Below, in pieces: positions 1 through 9,174 of a stretch of DNA of 64,000 nucleotides. Made by a program: the position numbers and the translations under genes. This DNA comes from Alistipes sp. (GTDB lineage: Bacteria; Bacteroidota; Bacteroidia; Bacteroidales; Rikenellaceae): assembly GCA_029068505.1 (NCBI GenBank), contig JAIECN010000026.1:10107-74106 (forward strand). The letters are read 5' to 3'. A model generated the notes under the pieces. That model worked only from the letters and a program-made list of their open reading frames with translations, ran no database searches and had not been told where the DNA came from. The first letter of the stretch is position 1, and the number at the start of each line of letters is the position of its first letter.

Positions 1-715
1 GCTTGCGATAGCTCCCCGGCACCACCACCGAACGGGGCGGCACATAGCCCTTGTAGGTTACCGGCTCCGGCCCCGTGACATCGACGATGTGCGTCGAGCC
101 GGTGATCACCGTATTCGAACCCAGCACCGCCTCGCGGCAGACGTGCGCGCCCTCGACTACGATCGAGCGCGAGCCGATGAAACAATTGTCCTCGATGATG
201 ACCGGCGCCGCCTGCACCGGCTCCAGCACGCCGCCGATGCCCACGCCGCCCGACAGATGGACGTGCTTGCCGATCTGGGCGCACGAACCCACCGTCGCCC
301 AGGTGTCGACCATCGTCCCCGTGTCGACATAAGCGCCTATGTTCACATAAGACGGCATGAGAATCGCCCCCGGTGCGATGTAGGCGCCGTAGCGCGCCAC
401 GGCGTGGGGCACGACCCGCACGCCCAACGCCTCGTAATCGCGCTTGAGTTCCATCTTGTCGAACCACTCCAGCTCGCCCGCCTGCATCTTGCGCATGGGC
501 TGGATCGGGAAGTAGAGGATCACGGCTTTCTTGACCCATTCGTTAACCTGCCATTCGTTCTTTTCCGCGTCGACCGGTTCGGCGCAGCGCAGTTCTCCCT
601 TGTCCACCAGCTCCACCGTGCGGCGTATGGCTTCCTGCGTCTGCGCGTCGTCTTTGAGCAGGGCGCGGTCTTCCCATGCCCGTTCGATCTGTTCCTTGAG
701 TTCGTTATACACCAT
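1..715 (-). CDS. dapD: 2,3,4,5-tetrahydropyridine-2,6-dicarboxylate N-succinyltransferase (3' end outside window)
   Basis: Manual translation of minus strand from ATG at 715: MVYNELKEQIERAWEDR...WQVNEWVKKAVILYF...PSYVNIGAYVDTGTMVDTWATVGSCAQIGKHVHLSGGVGIGGVLEP, the DapD hexapeptide-repeat signature. Missing from the ORF track because it runs off the window edge. Confidence 0.95.
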   Translation of the reverse strand, partial: MVYNELKEQIERAWEDRALLKDDAQTQEAIRRTVELVDKGELRCAEPVDAEKNEWQVNEWVKKAVILYFPIQPMRKMQAGELEWFDKMELKRDYEALGVRVVPHAVARYGAYIAPGAILMPSYVNIGAYVDTGTMVDTWATVGSCAQIGKHVHLSGGVGIGGVLEPVQAAPVIIEDNCFIGSRSIVVEGAHVCREAVLGSNTVITGSTHIVDVTGPEPVTYKGYVPPRSVVVPGSYRK

Positions 716-818
716 AATTTATAAGTTCGCTATGAATTCGGGAGCATTCCGGGCTTGCAACTTTTGTCCCGACACCTGCCCGGTTCGGCATCGCATGCCG
801 AAACCCCGTATTCTCGCC

Positions 819-846
819 CAAAATTACGTTTTTTTTCTTAACTTTG
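819..846. promoter_or_regulatory. Divergent Bacteroidota sigma70-type -7 elements (TAATTTTG on minus 819-826; TAACTTTG on plus 839-846)
   Basis: Both match the TAnnTTTG consensus, one facing dapD and one facing the peptidase gene. Confidence 0.6.
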
Positions 847-873
847 TCTCAAATTACGCAAATACCCTGACCC

Positions 874-3006
874 ATGACCTTTTTTGTTCGTGCGGCCGCG
901 CTCTTGGCGGGCGGTGCCGCGATGTTCGCAACAAGTTGCACGCAGATGAAAACGATCAAGCACCTGCCTTACCCCGACACCGAGCGCGGGGAGACGGCCG
1001 ACAATTATTTCGGCACCGCCGTCGCCGATCCCTACCGTTGGCTGGAGGACGACAACTCCGAGGCTACGGCCGCATGGGTGAAGGCCGAAAACGCCGTGAC
1101 GGACGATTATTTGGCGCAGATCCCGTTCCGCGAGGCCATTCGCCAGCGGCTCACCGAGCTGTGGAACTATCCCAAGCAGGGCATCCCCGCCAAGCATGGC
1201 GACGCCTGGTACTGGTTCCATAACGACGGCTTGCAGAACCAGTCGGTGCTCTATTGCGCCGATGCGCCCGGAAGCGAAGGCCGCGTCTTCCTCGACCCCA
1301 ACGCCTTGTCGGACGACGGTACGGTGGCTCTTTCGAACGTTTCGTTTTCCGAGGACGGCAAATATTGCGCCTATGCCGTAGCCGCATCGGGATCGGACTG
1401 GGTGGAGATCCGGGTGCTCAACGTTGCGTCGGGCAAGTTGACCGGCGACCGCATCGAGTGGGTGAAGTTCTCGGGCGCCACGTGGTCGCCCGATTCCAAG
1501 GGATTCTACTACAGCGCCTACGACGCGCCGAAGCAGGGCGTCTATTCGTCGCAGAACCAGTTCCAGAAAGTCTACTACCACGCCCTCGGCACGCCGCAGT
1601 CGGCCGACAAGCTCGTTTACAACGACGCGGCCCATCCGCTGCGCTACTTCTCGGCTTGGCCCAGCGACGACGGCAAGTGGGTCTTCGTGGTCGCCTCGGA
1701 GGGTACTTCGGGCACCGAAATCCTCTGCCGCCGCACGAATGAAAAGAAGTTCCGCACCTTGTTGCCCGGCTTCAAGGCCGACTATGAAATCGTCGACTGC
1801 CGCGACAACAAGTTCTACTACACATCCAACGACGGCGCATCGAACCGCCGCCTGCTGAAACTCGACCTCGACCGTCCCGGCAAACCCGAGGTCGTCATTC
1901 CCGAAAAGGAGTGTCTCCTGGAGGGCGTTTCCACGGGCGGCGACTGCCTTTTCGCCATCTATTTGCAGGATGCCCAGCATAAGGTCGTCCAGTATGGCTT
2001 CGACGGCAAGCCGATCCGCGAAGTCGAGCTTCCGGCCATCGGTTCGCTCGGCGGCTTCGGCGGCAAGAAGGAGGATACTTCGTTCTACTATGCGCTTTCC
2101 AACTACACGTCGCCCGCCACGATCTACCGCTACGACATCGCCACGGGCGAATCGTCCTTGTTCAAGGCGCCCGAGGTGCGTTTCGACCCCGAAATCTTCG
2201 TCACCGAGCAGGTGTTCTACCCCTCGAAAGACGGCACGCGCGTGCCGATGTTCATCACCCGCCGCAAGGACATGAAGCTCGACGGCACCAATCCGTGCAT
2301 GCTCTATGCCTACGGCGGTTTCCAGATCAACCTCACGCCCGGATTCAACCCCTCGGCGCTGATGTTCGTCGAGCAGGGCGGCATCTACTGCGTGGCCAAC
2401 CTGCGCGGCGGCTCGGAGTACGGCGAAGAGTGGCACAAGGCCGGCATGCTCGCCAACAAGCAGAATGTCTTCGACGACTTCATCGCGGCGGCCGAATACC
2501 TCGTTGCCGAGAAGTACACTTCGTCCGACAAGCTGGCCATCCACGGCGGCTCGAACGGCGGCCTGCTGGTCGGTGCCTGCGAAGTGCAGCGTCCCGACCT
2601 CTATGCTGTCTGCCTGCCGGCCGTGGGCGTGATGGACATGCTCCGCTACCACAAGTTCACCATCGGCTGGGGCTGGGCCGTAGAGTACGGTTCGTCGGAC
2701 AACGAGGAGCAGTTCGCATACATCTACAAGTATTCCCCCCTGCATAATATAAAGGAGGGTACTGCCTATCCTGCTACGCTTGTGATGACCGCCGACCACG
2801 ACGACCGTGTGGTGCCGGCCCACTCGTTCAAGTTCGCTGCCGAATTGCAGCATTGCCAGGCGGGCGATGCCCCCGTGTTGATCCGCATCGAATCCAACGC
2901 GGGCCACGGCGCAGGCAAACCCACCTCCAAACGCATCGACGAAGCCGCGGACATGTATGCGTTCACGTTCCAGAACATCGGCGTGGCGTACAAACCCTGC
3001 AAATAG
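874..3006 (+). CDS. Prolyl oligopeptidase (S9A), predicted lipoprotein
   Basis: ADPYRWLE N-terminus, GGSNGG nucleophile motif, DHDDRV and AGHG completing the catalytic triad; lipobox-like FATSC. Confidence 0.95.
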   Translation: MTFFVRAAALLAGGAAMFATSCTQMKTIKHLPYPDTERGETADNYFGTAVADPYRWLEDDNSEATAAWVKAENAVTDDYLAQIPFREAIRQRLTELWNYPKQGIPAKHGDAWYWFHNDGLQNQSVLYCADAPGSEGRVFLDPNALSDDGTVALSNVSFSEDGKYCAYAVAASGSDWVEIRVLNVASGKLTGDRIEWVKFSGATWSPDSKGFYYSAYDAPKQGVYSSQNQFQKVYYHALGTPQSADKLVYNDAAHPLRYFSAWPSDDGKWVFVVASEGTSGTEILCRRTNEKKFRTLLPGFKADYEIVDCRDNKFYYTSNDGASNRRLLKLDLDRPGKPEVVIPEKECLLEGVSTGGDCLFAIYLQDAQHKVVQYGFDGKPIREVELPAIGSLGGFGGKKEDTSFYYALSNYTSPATIYRYDIATGESSLFKAPEVRFDPEIFVTEQVFYPSKDGTRVPMFITRRKDMKLDGTNPCMLYAYGGFQINLTPGFNPSALMFVEQGGIYCVANLRGGSEYGEEWHKAGMLANKQNVFDDFIAAAEYLVAEKYTSSDKLAIHGGSNGGLLVGACEVQRPDLYAVCLPAVGVMDMLRYHKFTIGWGWAVEYGSSDNEEQFAYIYKYSPLHNIKEGTAYPATLVMTADHDDRVVPAHSFKFAAELQHCQAGDAPVLIRIESNAGHGAGKPTSKRIDEAADMYAFTFQNIGVAYKPCK

Positions 3007-3028
3007 TCTCACACGACCGCTTGTTCGC

Positions 3029-4294
3029 ATGAAAGTCTATAAGTTCGGAGGAGCCTCGGTGCGGCATGCCGACGGCGTGCGCAATCTGCTGAAAATCATC
3101 GGCGACGAGCGCGATTTGTTTATCATCGTCTCGGCCATGGGCAAGACGACCAACGCCTTGGAGCGGGTTTTCGCCGGTGTGCAGCGCGCCGACCGGGAGA
3201 AGATCGCCGAGGAGATCGCCGCGCTGCGCGCCTACCATGCTGCGATCATCGACGACCTTTGGTACGGCCCGACAGCGCTGCCGCGGGTCGATGCGCTGTT
3301 CGCCGAGTTGGAACAGACGACCTCGACGGAGAGTTACCGCCCCGAGGACGCCGAATTGTGGTACGACCGGATCGTGGCGTTCGGCGAATTGATCTCGACC
3401 ACCATCATTTCGGAATATCTGGCCTATGCCGGCGTGCCCAACCGCTGGATCGACATGCGCCGGGCGCTCGTCACCGAGCAGCGCCACAAGGATGCCGAGG
3501 TCGATCTCGAAGCCTCTGCACCGCGCTTGCGGGCCGAAGTCGAGGGCCGCGAGGAGCGGATTTTCGTGGGCCAGGGCTTCATCGGCGGCGCGCCCGACGG
3601 GACGACGACGACCCTCGGACGCGAGGGGTCGGACTACTCGGCGGCCGTGGCGGCGAACATCCTCGACGCCGAGTCGATGGCTGTGTGGAAAGACGTCGAC
3701 GGCGTGCTGAACGCCGACCCCAAGATTTTCCCCGACGCCGTGCAGATCGCCGAACTCAACTATCTGGATACCATCGAATTGGCGTACAGCGGTGCGCAGA
3801 TCATCCATCCGCGGACGATCAAGCCCCTGCAAAACAAGAACATCCCGCTCTATGTGAGGCCTTTCGGCGACAAGCGCAAGCCCGGCACCGTGATCCGCGG
3901 CATGTCGGCGCCGGTCGAGGTGCCGATCCTGATTCTGAAGAAAGACCAGGTGTTGCTGACGATCCGCTCGCGCGACTTCTCGTTCGTTCTGGAGGAGAAG
4001 TTCGCCGCGATCTTCGCTCTATTGGAGTTGTTCCGCGTAAAGGCCAATCTGATCCACAACTCGGCCGTCAACTTGAGTCTGTGCGTGGACGACTCGTGGC
4101 ACATCGACGAAGCGATCGCCGCGCTGCGCGCGGAGGGCTTCGATGTCATGAAGATCGAGCGGATGGAGCTGCTCACCGTGCGCGGATATACCGAGGAGCT
4201 GTGGCGGCGCCATGCCTGCGGCCCACAGGTCTTCATCCGCCAGGCCACCCAGTCGACTGTGAGGATCGTGCGGAAAGCCGAAACCCGGCAATAG
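3029..4294 (+). CDS. lysC: Aspartate kinase
   Basis: MKVYKFGGASV, VSAMGKTT, TTTLGREGSDYSA, DVDGVLNADP; start moved to ATG 3029. Confidence 0.93.
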   Translation: MKVYKFGGASVRHADGVRNLLKIIGDERDLFIIVSAMGKTTNALERVFAGVQRADREKIAEEIAALRAYHAAIIDDLWYGPTALPRVDALFAELEQTTSTESYRPEDAELWYDRIVAFGELISTTIISEYLAYAGVPNRWIDMRRALVTEQRHKDAEVDLEASAPRLRAEVEGREERIFVGQGFIGGAPDGTTTTLGREGSDYSAAVAANILDAESMAVWKDVDGVLNADPKIFPDAVQIAELNYLDTIELAYSGAQIIHPRTIKPLQNKNIPLYVRPFGDKRKPGTVIRGMSAPVEVPILILKKDQVLLTIRSRDFSFVLEEKFAAIFALLELFRVKANLIHNSAVNLSLCVDDSWHIDEAIAALRAEGFDVMKIERMELLTVRGYTEELWRRHACGPQVFIRQATQSTVRIVRKAETRQ

Positions 4295-4317
4295 GATTTT
4301 TCAAGAGACCGAAGAAT

Positions 4318-4350
4318 AAAAAGGAGGAACGAATAACAACGTTCCTCCTT
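4318..4350. terminator. Hairpin terminator between convergent lysC and DUF4435 genes
   Basis: Perfect 11-bp stem AAGGAGGAACG-N8-CGTTCCTCCTT; U-tract on the minus strand. Confidence 0.75.
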
Positions 4351-4478
4351 AATATATATACGAGGAAAAAGGGAGGGCTAATTCCAGGATTCAGAGGATT
4401 TAAAACTTATATAGTTTTGATTTTTAATGTTTTAGTATTTTGGGATTCTCGTTTTTCGGATTTTCGGGCCGGCTGCCC

Positions 4479-5573
4479 CTACGTTTCGCTCTCCTTGAAC
4501 TTCCGCAGGATCGTCCAGAAGCTCTCGTCACGGATTTCGCCCTTGCGTTTCATGTCGACGATCGTGCGGGCGATGTAGCGTTGGATGTCGCGTTGCAGGC
4601 GCTTGTAGAGCGTACAGCGCGTGTAGTTTTCGTTGTCCAGCAACACATCGCGGATCGAGCGCAGCGAGTTGGTGTAGTTCGACATTTCGTTGCGCAGCGC
4701 CACGCCCTGTTTGGTCGAGGAGGCGATTTTGGCGATCGACAGCTGGCGCAGTTTCTCGCACACGGAGTTGAGCAGCACCATGACCACGTTGTCCATCAAC
4801 GTGTGCCCGTGCATGAAAAGATAGGTTGTCTCGGGCGTCAGCCCGCGTGCCCGAAGTTGTTCTTCGAACGCTTTCATCGGTTCGATCATCTTCGGATTGC
4901 GCTCCCGCAGCAGGCGTTCGCGCTTCTCCACGTTGCGGGCCAGCCAGTCGAGGGTCTTCGCCCCGTTGCCGGCGATGTCCAGATAGCCCAGACGCACGGC
5001 CGACTTGAAGTCGATCAACGGGAAAACATGCTCCGAGGCCATCTGCGCCGAATAGGCATACCACACGAAAAGCGGATAGATCGTCGTCGAATAATCGCGC
5101 ATGAAAGCCACGAAATCGAAGATGCGCGTGTCGTTTTTCGTAGCCTTGACGCACACGTTATGCAGCGACGGCGCATAGCAGAGGTAGTTCTCCGTGGCAT
5201 AAGCATAGGTGTGGAACATGTGCCGCGCCGTGTTGACGGTCTGCGACTGCTCGGTACACCCGGCAAAAAGATAGTCGAAGTCCGAGTCGACGCACAACAG
5301 CAGGTCGTCGCTCGATTCGGGGATCATGTTCAGCAACACTTTCTTGCCCTTGGGCAGGTCGTCGCGGTTGGGCACCGAAATCTCGAACCGCAGATAGGGA
5401 TTGCGGAAATGGTCGAAGATGCCGCGCCAGAAAGCCACGTCTTCGTATCCCTCGACGAAGACCCGCACCAGCCGCTGCGACGGATCGGCCGGCAGCGGCT
5501 GCGGAAGCGTGTCGGGCGCTCCCGGACGTGCGACGAATGTTTTTTTGCGCAGCTTGTTCATAACCGATCCCAT
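4479..5573 (-). CDS. DUF4435 domain protein (TOPRIM-like)
   Basis: VFVEGYED (TOPRIM glutamate), CVDSDFD (DxD) and YATENY motifs typical of DUF4435/OLD-type TOPRIM domains. Confidence 0.82.
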   Translation of the reverse strand: MGSVMNKLRKKTFVARPGAPDTLPQPLPADPSQRLVRVFVEGYEDVAFWRGIFDHFRNPYLRFEISVPNRDDLPKGKKVLLNMIPESSDDLLLCVDSDFDYLFAGCTEQSQTVNTARHMFHTYAYATENYLCYAPSLHNVCVKATKNDTRIFDFVAFMRDYSTTIYPLFVWYAYSAQMASEHVFPLIDFKSAVRLGYLDIAGNGAKTLDWLARNVEKRERLLRERNPKMIEPMKAFEEQLRARGLTPETTYLFMHGHTLMDNVVMVLLNSVCEKLRQLSIAKIASSTKQGVALRNEMSNYTNSLRSIRDVLLDNENYTRCTLYKRLQRDIQRYIARTIVDMKRKGEIRDESFWTILRKFKESET

Positions 5574-5759
5574 GCCTTGAAATGCCGGCGCGGACCTCCC
5601 GCCGGGCCTTGCCTCTATTTCACACGGCCTTCTTTTCCGTAAAGATAAATATTTTCGTATTTTTGCACAACATAACGGCGCCTTTTCGACGTTCGACCTC
5701 TACCTTTCGGAGAGGAATCAAGAAAAAAAGACGCGTTTTTTACTTTTCACCTGAATAAA

Positions 5760-6107
5760 ATGGCGGACAACGACTGGAAATCCCGGCTCGGAATGGTCTA
5801 CTCGACCGATCCCGATTTCGCATACGCCACCCGGCTGGACGAAGAACCGGAGACCCTCGCGCCTGCCGCGCAGGATTTGCGCGTGTGGCTCGACCGCAAA
5901 CAACGGGCCGGCAAAGTCGCCACCCTCGTGCGGGGATTCGTGGGGCGCAACGACGACTTGCAGGAGCTGGCACGATTGCTGAAAACCCGATGCGGCGTCG
6001 GCGGTGCGGCCAAGGAGGGCGAAATCATCATCCAGGGCGACCACCGCGACCGCGTGATCGACATTCTTACCCGCAGCGGCTACCGCTGCAAAAAAGCCGG
6101 CGGTTGA
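5760..6107 (+). CDS. yciH: SUI1/YciH translation initiation factor
   Basis: RKQRAGKVATLV, LKTRCGVGG, EIIIQGDHRD. Confidence 0.93.
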   Translation: MADNDWKSRLGMVYSTDPDFAYATRLDEEPETLAPAAQDLRVWLDRKQRAGKVATLVRGFVGRNDDLQELARLLKTRCGVGGAAKEGEIIIQGDHRDRVIDILTRSGYRCKKAGG

Positions 6108-6109
6108 TT

Positions 6110-9067
6110 TTGAAAAAGCGGCTTCATCTTTTTTTTGCGATCTGCCTGCTGGCCGGATCGCAGACTCTCCGGGCACAATACTATACCTGGGGTTCCGATC
6201 CTGCGAACCTCCGGTGGTCGACCATCCGCACGCCCGACGTGCGGATGATCTATCCCGACACGGTGTCCGACCTCGCGGCCCGTACGCTTTTCTACGTCCG
6301 CACCGTGCAGCCCGATATCGGCTACGGATTCCGTCACGGCCCGATGCGCATCCCGTTCGTCATGCACCCCGAGAATTTCCGGTCGAACGGTCTGGTCATG
6401 TACCTGCCCAAGCGCGTCGAATTCCTCACGTCGCCCTCGATAGAAAGCTATTCGATGCCTTGGTACAAGCAGCTGGTGGCCCACGAATACCGCCATGCAG
6501 TGCAGTACAACAACCTCAACCGCGGTGTGATCCGCGCCTTGAGCTACCTGCTCGGGCAGCAGGGGTCGACCATCGGCCTGCTCTGCATGCCCATCTGGGT
6601 CATGGAGGGCGACGCCGTGATGTCCGAAACGGCCATGTCGTCGTTCGGCCGCGGGTTGCAACCCTCGTTCTCGATGGCCTACCGCGCCCTGGACAACATC
6701 GGCCGCGACCGCCGCAACCTCGATCGCTGGTTCTGCGGCTCGTATCTCAGCCATGTGCCCGACCACTACGAGCTGGGCTACCAAATTTGCTCCTACGCCT
6801 ACGAGAAATACGACGAAAACATCTGGGACAAGGTCGCCTGGTACAGCGCTCGCAACCCCTACGTACTGATGACCACCTACGTGGCGTTGAAGAAGTTCTA
6901 CAAGACCGGCGTTTCGCAACTTTTCCGCGAAACGTTCGACGACCTGCACGCCTACTGGGCCGCTCTGCCGAAGACGGAGGACAGCGCCGCACCCCTGTGC
7001 CGGCTCCCCGAGCGGAACTACACCGTCTACCGCTGGCCGCTGGCGCTGCCCGACGGGCGGGTGTTGGCCGTGAAGACCGACTACGACCGCCCGGCGCGGT
7101 TCGTCGAAATAGACCCTGCGACGGGCCAGGAACGGCTCGTGGCCTACGTCGGCAGCCTCTCGACCCGGCCGTCGCTCGGCGAGGGGATCGTCTGGTGGAC
7201 GGAGTACCGGCGGTCGAAGCTCTTCGAGCAGCGCGTCAACTCGCAACTCTGCTGCATGCGGCTCGACGACGAACGTCCCCGCACGATAGCGGGCGAGCGG
7301 CGGGTGCTCTATCCGACCGCTGCGGGCGAGCGGCTGGGGTGGGTCGAGTACGATTACAGCGGGCGCTACACGGTCGTCGTGCAGGAAGCCGACGCTTCCC
7401 GCCGGCGCTTCGCTGCCCCCGACCGGTCGGAAATCCACGGCCTGGCCTGGGACGATACGACCGACGCGTGGTATGTGTTGGTCACCGACGACAGCGGCAT
7501 GTGGATCGGGCAGATCGATGCCGCAGGGGTCCGTCCGGTGACCCGGAGCGCCTACATCACCCTTGCGAACCTGCGGGCAGGCGGCGGAAAGCTCTACTAC
7601 GGCTCGATCGCCTCGGGCAAGGACGAAATCCACTGCTACGACCTGGCTGCCCGGCACGAATACCGCATCACGACCTCCGCCTACGGTTCGTTCGACCCGG
7701 CGCCGACTCGGGAGGGTATTTTGGCCACGACCTACGACCGGCGGGGTTACCGAGTCGCGGCACAACCTGTGGCCGACAGCGCGCTGATCCCCGTGCGCCC
7801 CGCCTCGCTTCCGGCCAACGTCGTCAATCCGCCGCGCAAGCGCTGGCCTGTGGTGAACCTCGACACGGTGCGCTTCACGGCGGCCGATTCGGTGCAGCAA
7901 GCCCGCGAATTCCGCACGCGCCGCTACCGCAAGGCCCCCAATCTGGTCAATGTCCACAGTTGGATGCCTCTGGCGTTCGACCCCTTTGCGGCGGTCGACG
8001 AGCATGTCATCGACGTGAACATAGGTGCCACGCTCTTGTCGCAGAATCTGCTGTCGAATACCGAAGCATTCGCCTCCTACGGCTGGAACCGCCGCGAAGG
8101 CTCGGTCTTCCGTCTCGGAGCGCGCTATTTCGGACTGGGCGTCCGTTTCGATCTCGACGCGGCCTACGGCGGCAACCAGGTATTCTATTCGTTGAGCCAG
8201 TACAACGAGCAAACCGGCACCTACGAGTACCAGAAACGGCCCGCTGCGGACAAGTACTATTCCGTGGGGCTTTCGGCCACCTTGCCGCTCTATTTCCAGT
8301 GCGGCTACCATTCGCGGCAGCTCTCGATTTCGACCGGCTGGAACTACTCCAACGGCATGGTCGCCAACCTGGGACGCATCGAGTGGAAAGACCACAACAT
8401 CACCAATCTGGAACACATCGGCTTCCATGAGGGATTGCACAAACTGGCGTTCAGCGTCGGGTTTTCCGACCGGGTGCAGCTGGCCCACCGCGACTTCGCG
8501 CCCCGCTGGGGCTATACGCTCATCGCCGGGTATACGTTCAACCCGTCGGACCGTTACTTCAGCGATCTGATTTCGGCCTACGCCCAATGCTACCTCCCGG
8601 GCTTCGCGCCCCATCATTCCATGAGGATCGCCGCGAATTACCAGACTTCGATCGGCGGCTACAAATTCCCCTCGGGCTACGCTCCCTTGAGCTACCGCTC
8701 GACCCGTCTGATCCCGCGCGGCTACACCTCGGCCGATATTTTGGCCAACAACTACACGGCGGCGACCTTCGACTACCAGTTCCCCGTGTGGTACCCCGAG
8801 GGCGGCATCGGCTCGCTGATCTACTTCAAGCGCATCCGGCTCAACATCGGCGGCGACTACGCCCAGTTCCGCGATTACCGGCCCGGGCGCAACTTGTCGG
8901 AGGGGCGGATGATCCTGCGCCGCATCTGGTCGGCGGGCGGCGACCTGGTTTTCGACGTCAACCTCCTCCGCCAGCCCGATTCGGCCACATCGAGCGTCAA
9001 ACTCTCGTTCTACCGCCCTTCCAACGGCGGGCTGTGGTTCACCGCCTCGGTCGGGCTGCCGTTTTAA
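6110..9067 (+). CDS. Large exported outer-membrane protein: N-terminal HExxH zincin-like domain, beta-propeller-like middle, C-terminal beta-barrel
   Basis: Probable TTG start at 6110 giving signal peptide MKKRLHLFFAICLLAGSQTLRA; HEYRH...WVMEGDA; aromatic alternating C-terminal strands ending ASVGLPF. Confidence 0.75.
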   Translation: MKKRLHLFFAICLLAGSQTLRAQYYTWGSDPANLRWSTIRTPDVRMIYPDTVSDLAARTLFYVRTVQPDIGYGFRHGPMRIPFVMHPENFRSNGLVMYLPKRVEFLTSPSIESYSMPWYKQLVAHEYRHAVQYNNLNRGVIRALSYLLGQQGSTIGLLCMPIWVMEGDAVMSETAMSSFGRGLQPSFSMAYRALDNIGRDRRNLDRWFCGSYLSHVPDHYELGYQICSYAYEKYDENIWDKVAWYSARNPYVLMTTYVALKKFYKTGVSQLFRETFDDLHAYWAALPKTEDSAAPLCRLPERNYTVYRWPLALPDGRVLAVKTDYDRPARFVEIDPATGQERLVAYVGSLSTRPSLGEGIVWWTEYRRSKLFEQRVNSQLCCMRLDDERPRTIAGERRVLYPTAAGERLGWVEYDYSGRYTVVVQEADASRRRFAAPDRSEIHGLAWDDTTDAWYVLVTDDSGMWIGQIDAAGVRPVTRSAYITLANLRAGGGKLYYGSIASGKDEIHCYDLAARHEYRITTSAYGSFDPAPTREGILATTYDRRGYRVAAQPVADSALIPVRPASLPANVVNPPRKRWPVVNLDTVRFTAADSVQQAREFRTRRYRKAPNLVNVHSWMPLAFDPFAAVDEHVIDVNIGATLLSQNLLSNTEAFASYGWNRREGSVFRLGARYFGLGVRFDLDAAYGGNQVFYSLSQYNEQTGTYEYQKRPAADKYYSVGLSATLPLYFQCGYHSRQLSISTGWNYSNGMVANLGRIEWKDHNITNLEHIGFHEGLHKLAFSVGFSDRVQLAHRDFAPRWGYTLIAGYTFNPSDRYFSDLISAYAQCYLPGFAPHHSMRIAANYQTSIGGYKFPSGYAPLSYRSTRLIPRGYTSADILANNYTAATFDYQFPVWYPEGGIGSLIYFKRIRLNIGGDYAQFRDYRPGRNLSEGRMILRRIWSAGGDLVFDVNLLRQPDSATSSVKLSFYRPSNGGLWFTASVGLPF

Positions 9068-9174
9068 AAACGACCGTCGACAGCGACTCCCTTGCGGGAC
9101 TATCGGTTTTTTTAGGCCCCGATTTTTAATTGTTAACTCGATTTTCCCTATCTTCGCATCAAATATTCGTTGCT

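Noticed and set aside
716-873. Lysine riboswitch upstream of dapD (also considered for lysC and asd)
   Set aside because: The leaders are too short and lack the L-box consensus.
4340-4375. dif site around AATATATATA
   Set aside because: No TTATGTTAAA-like XerD arm at the right spacing.
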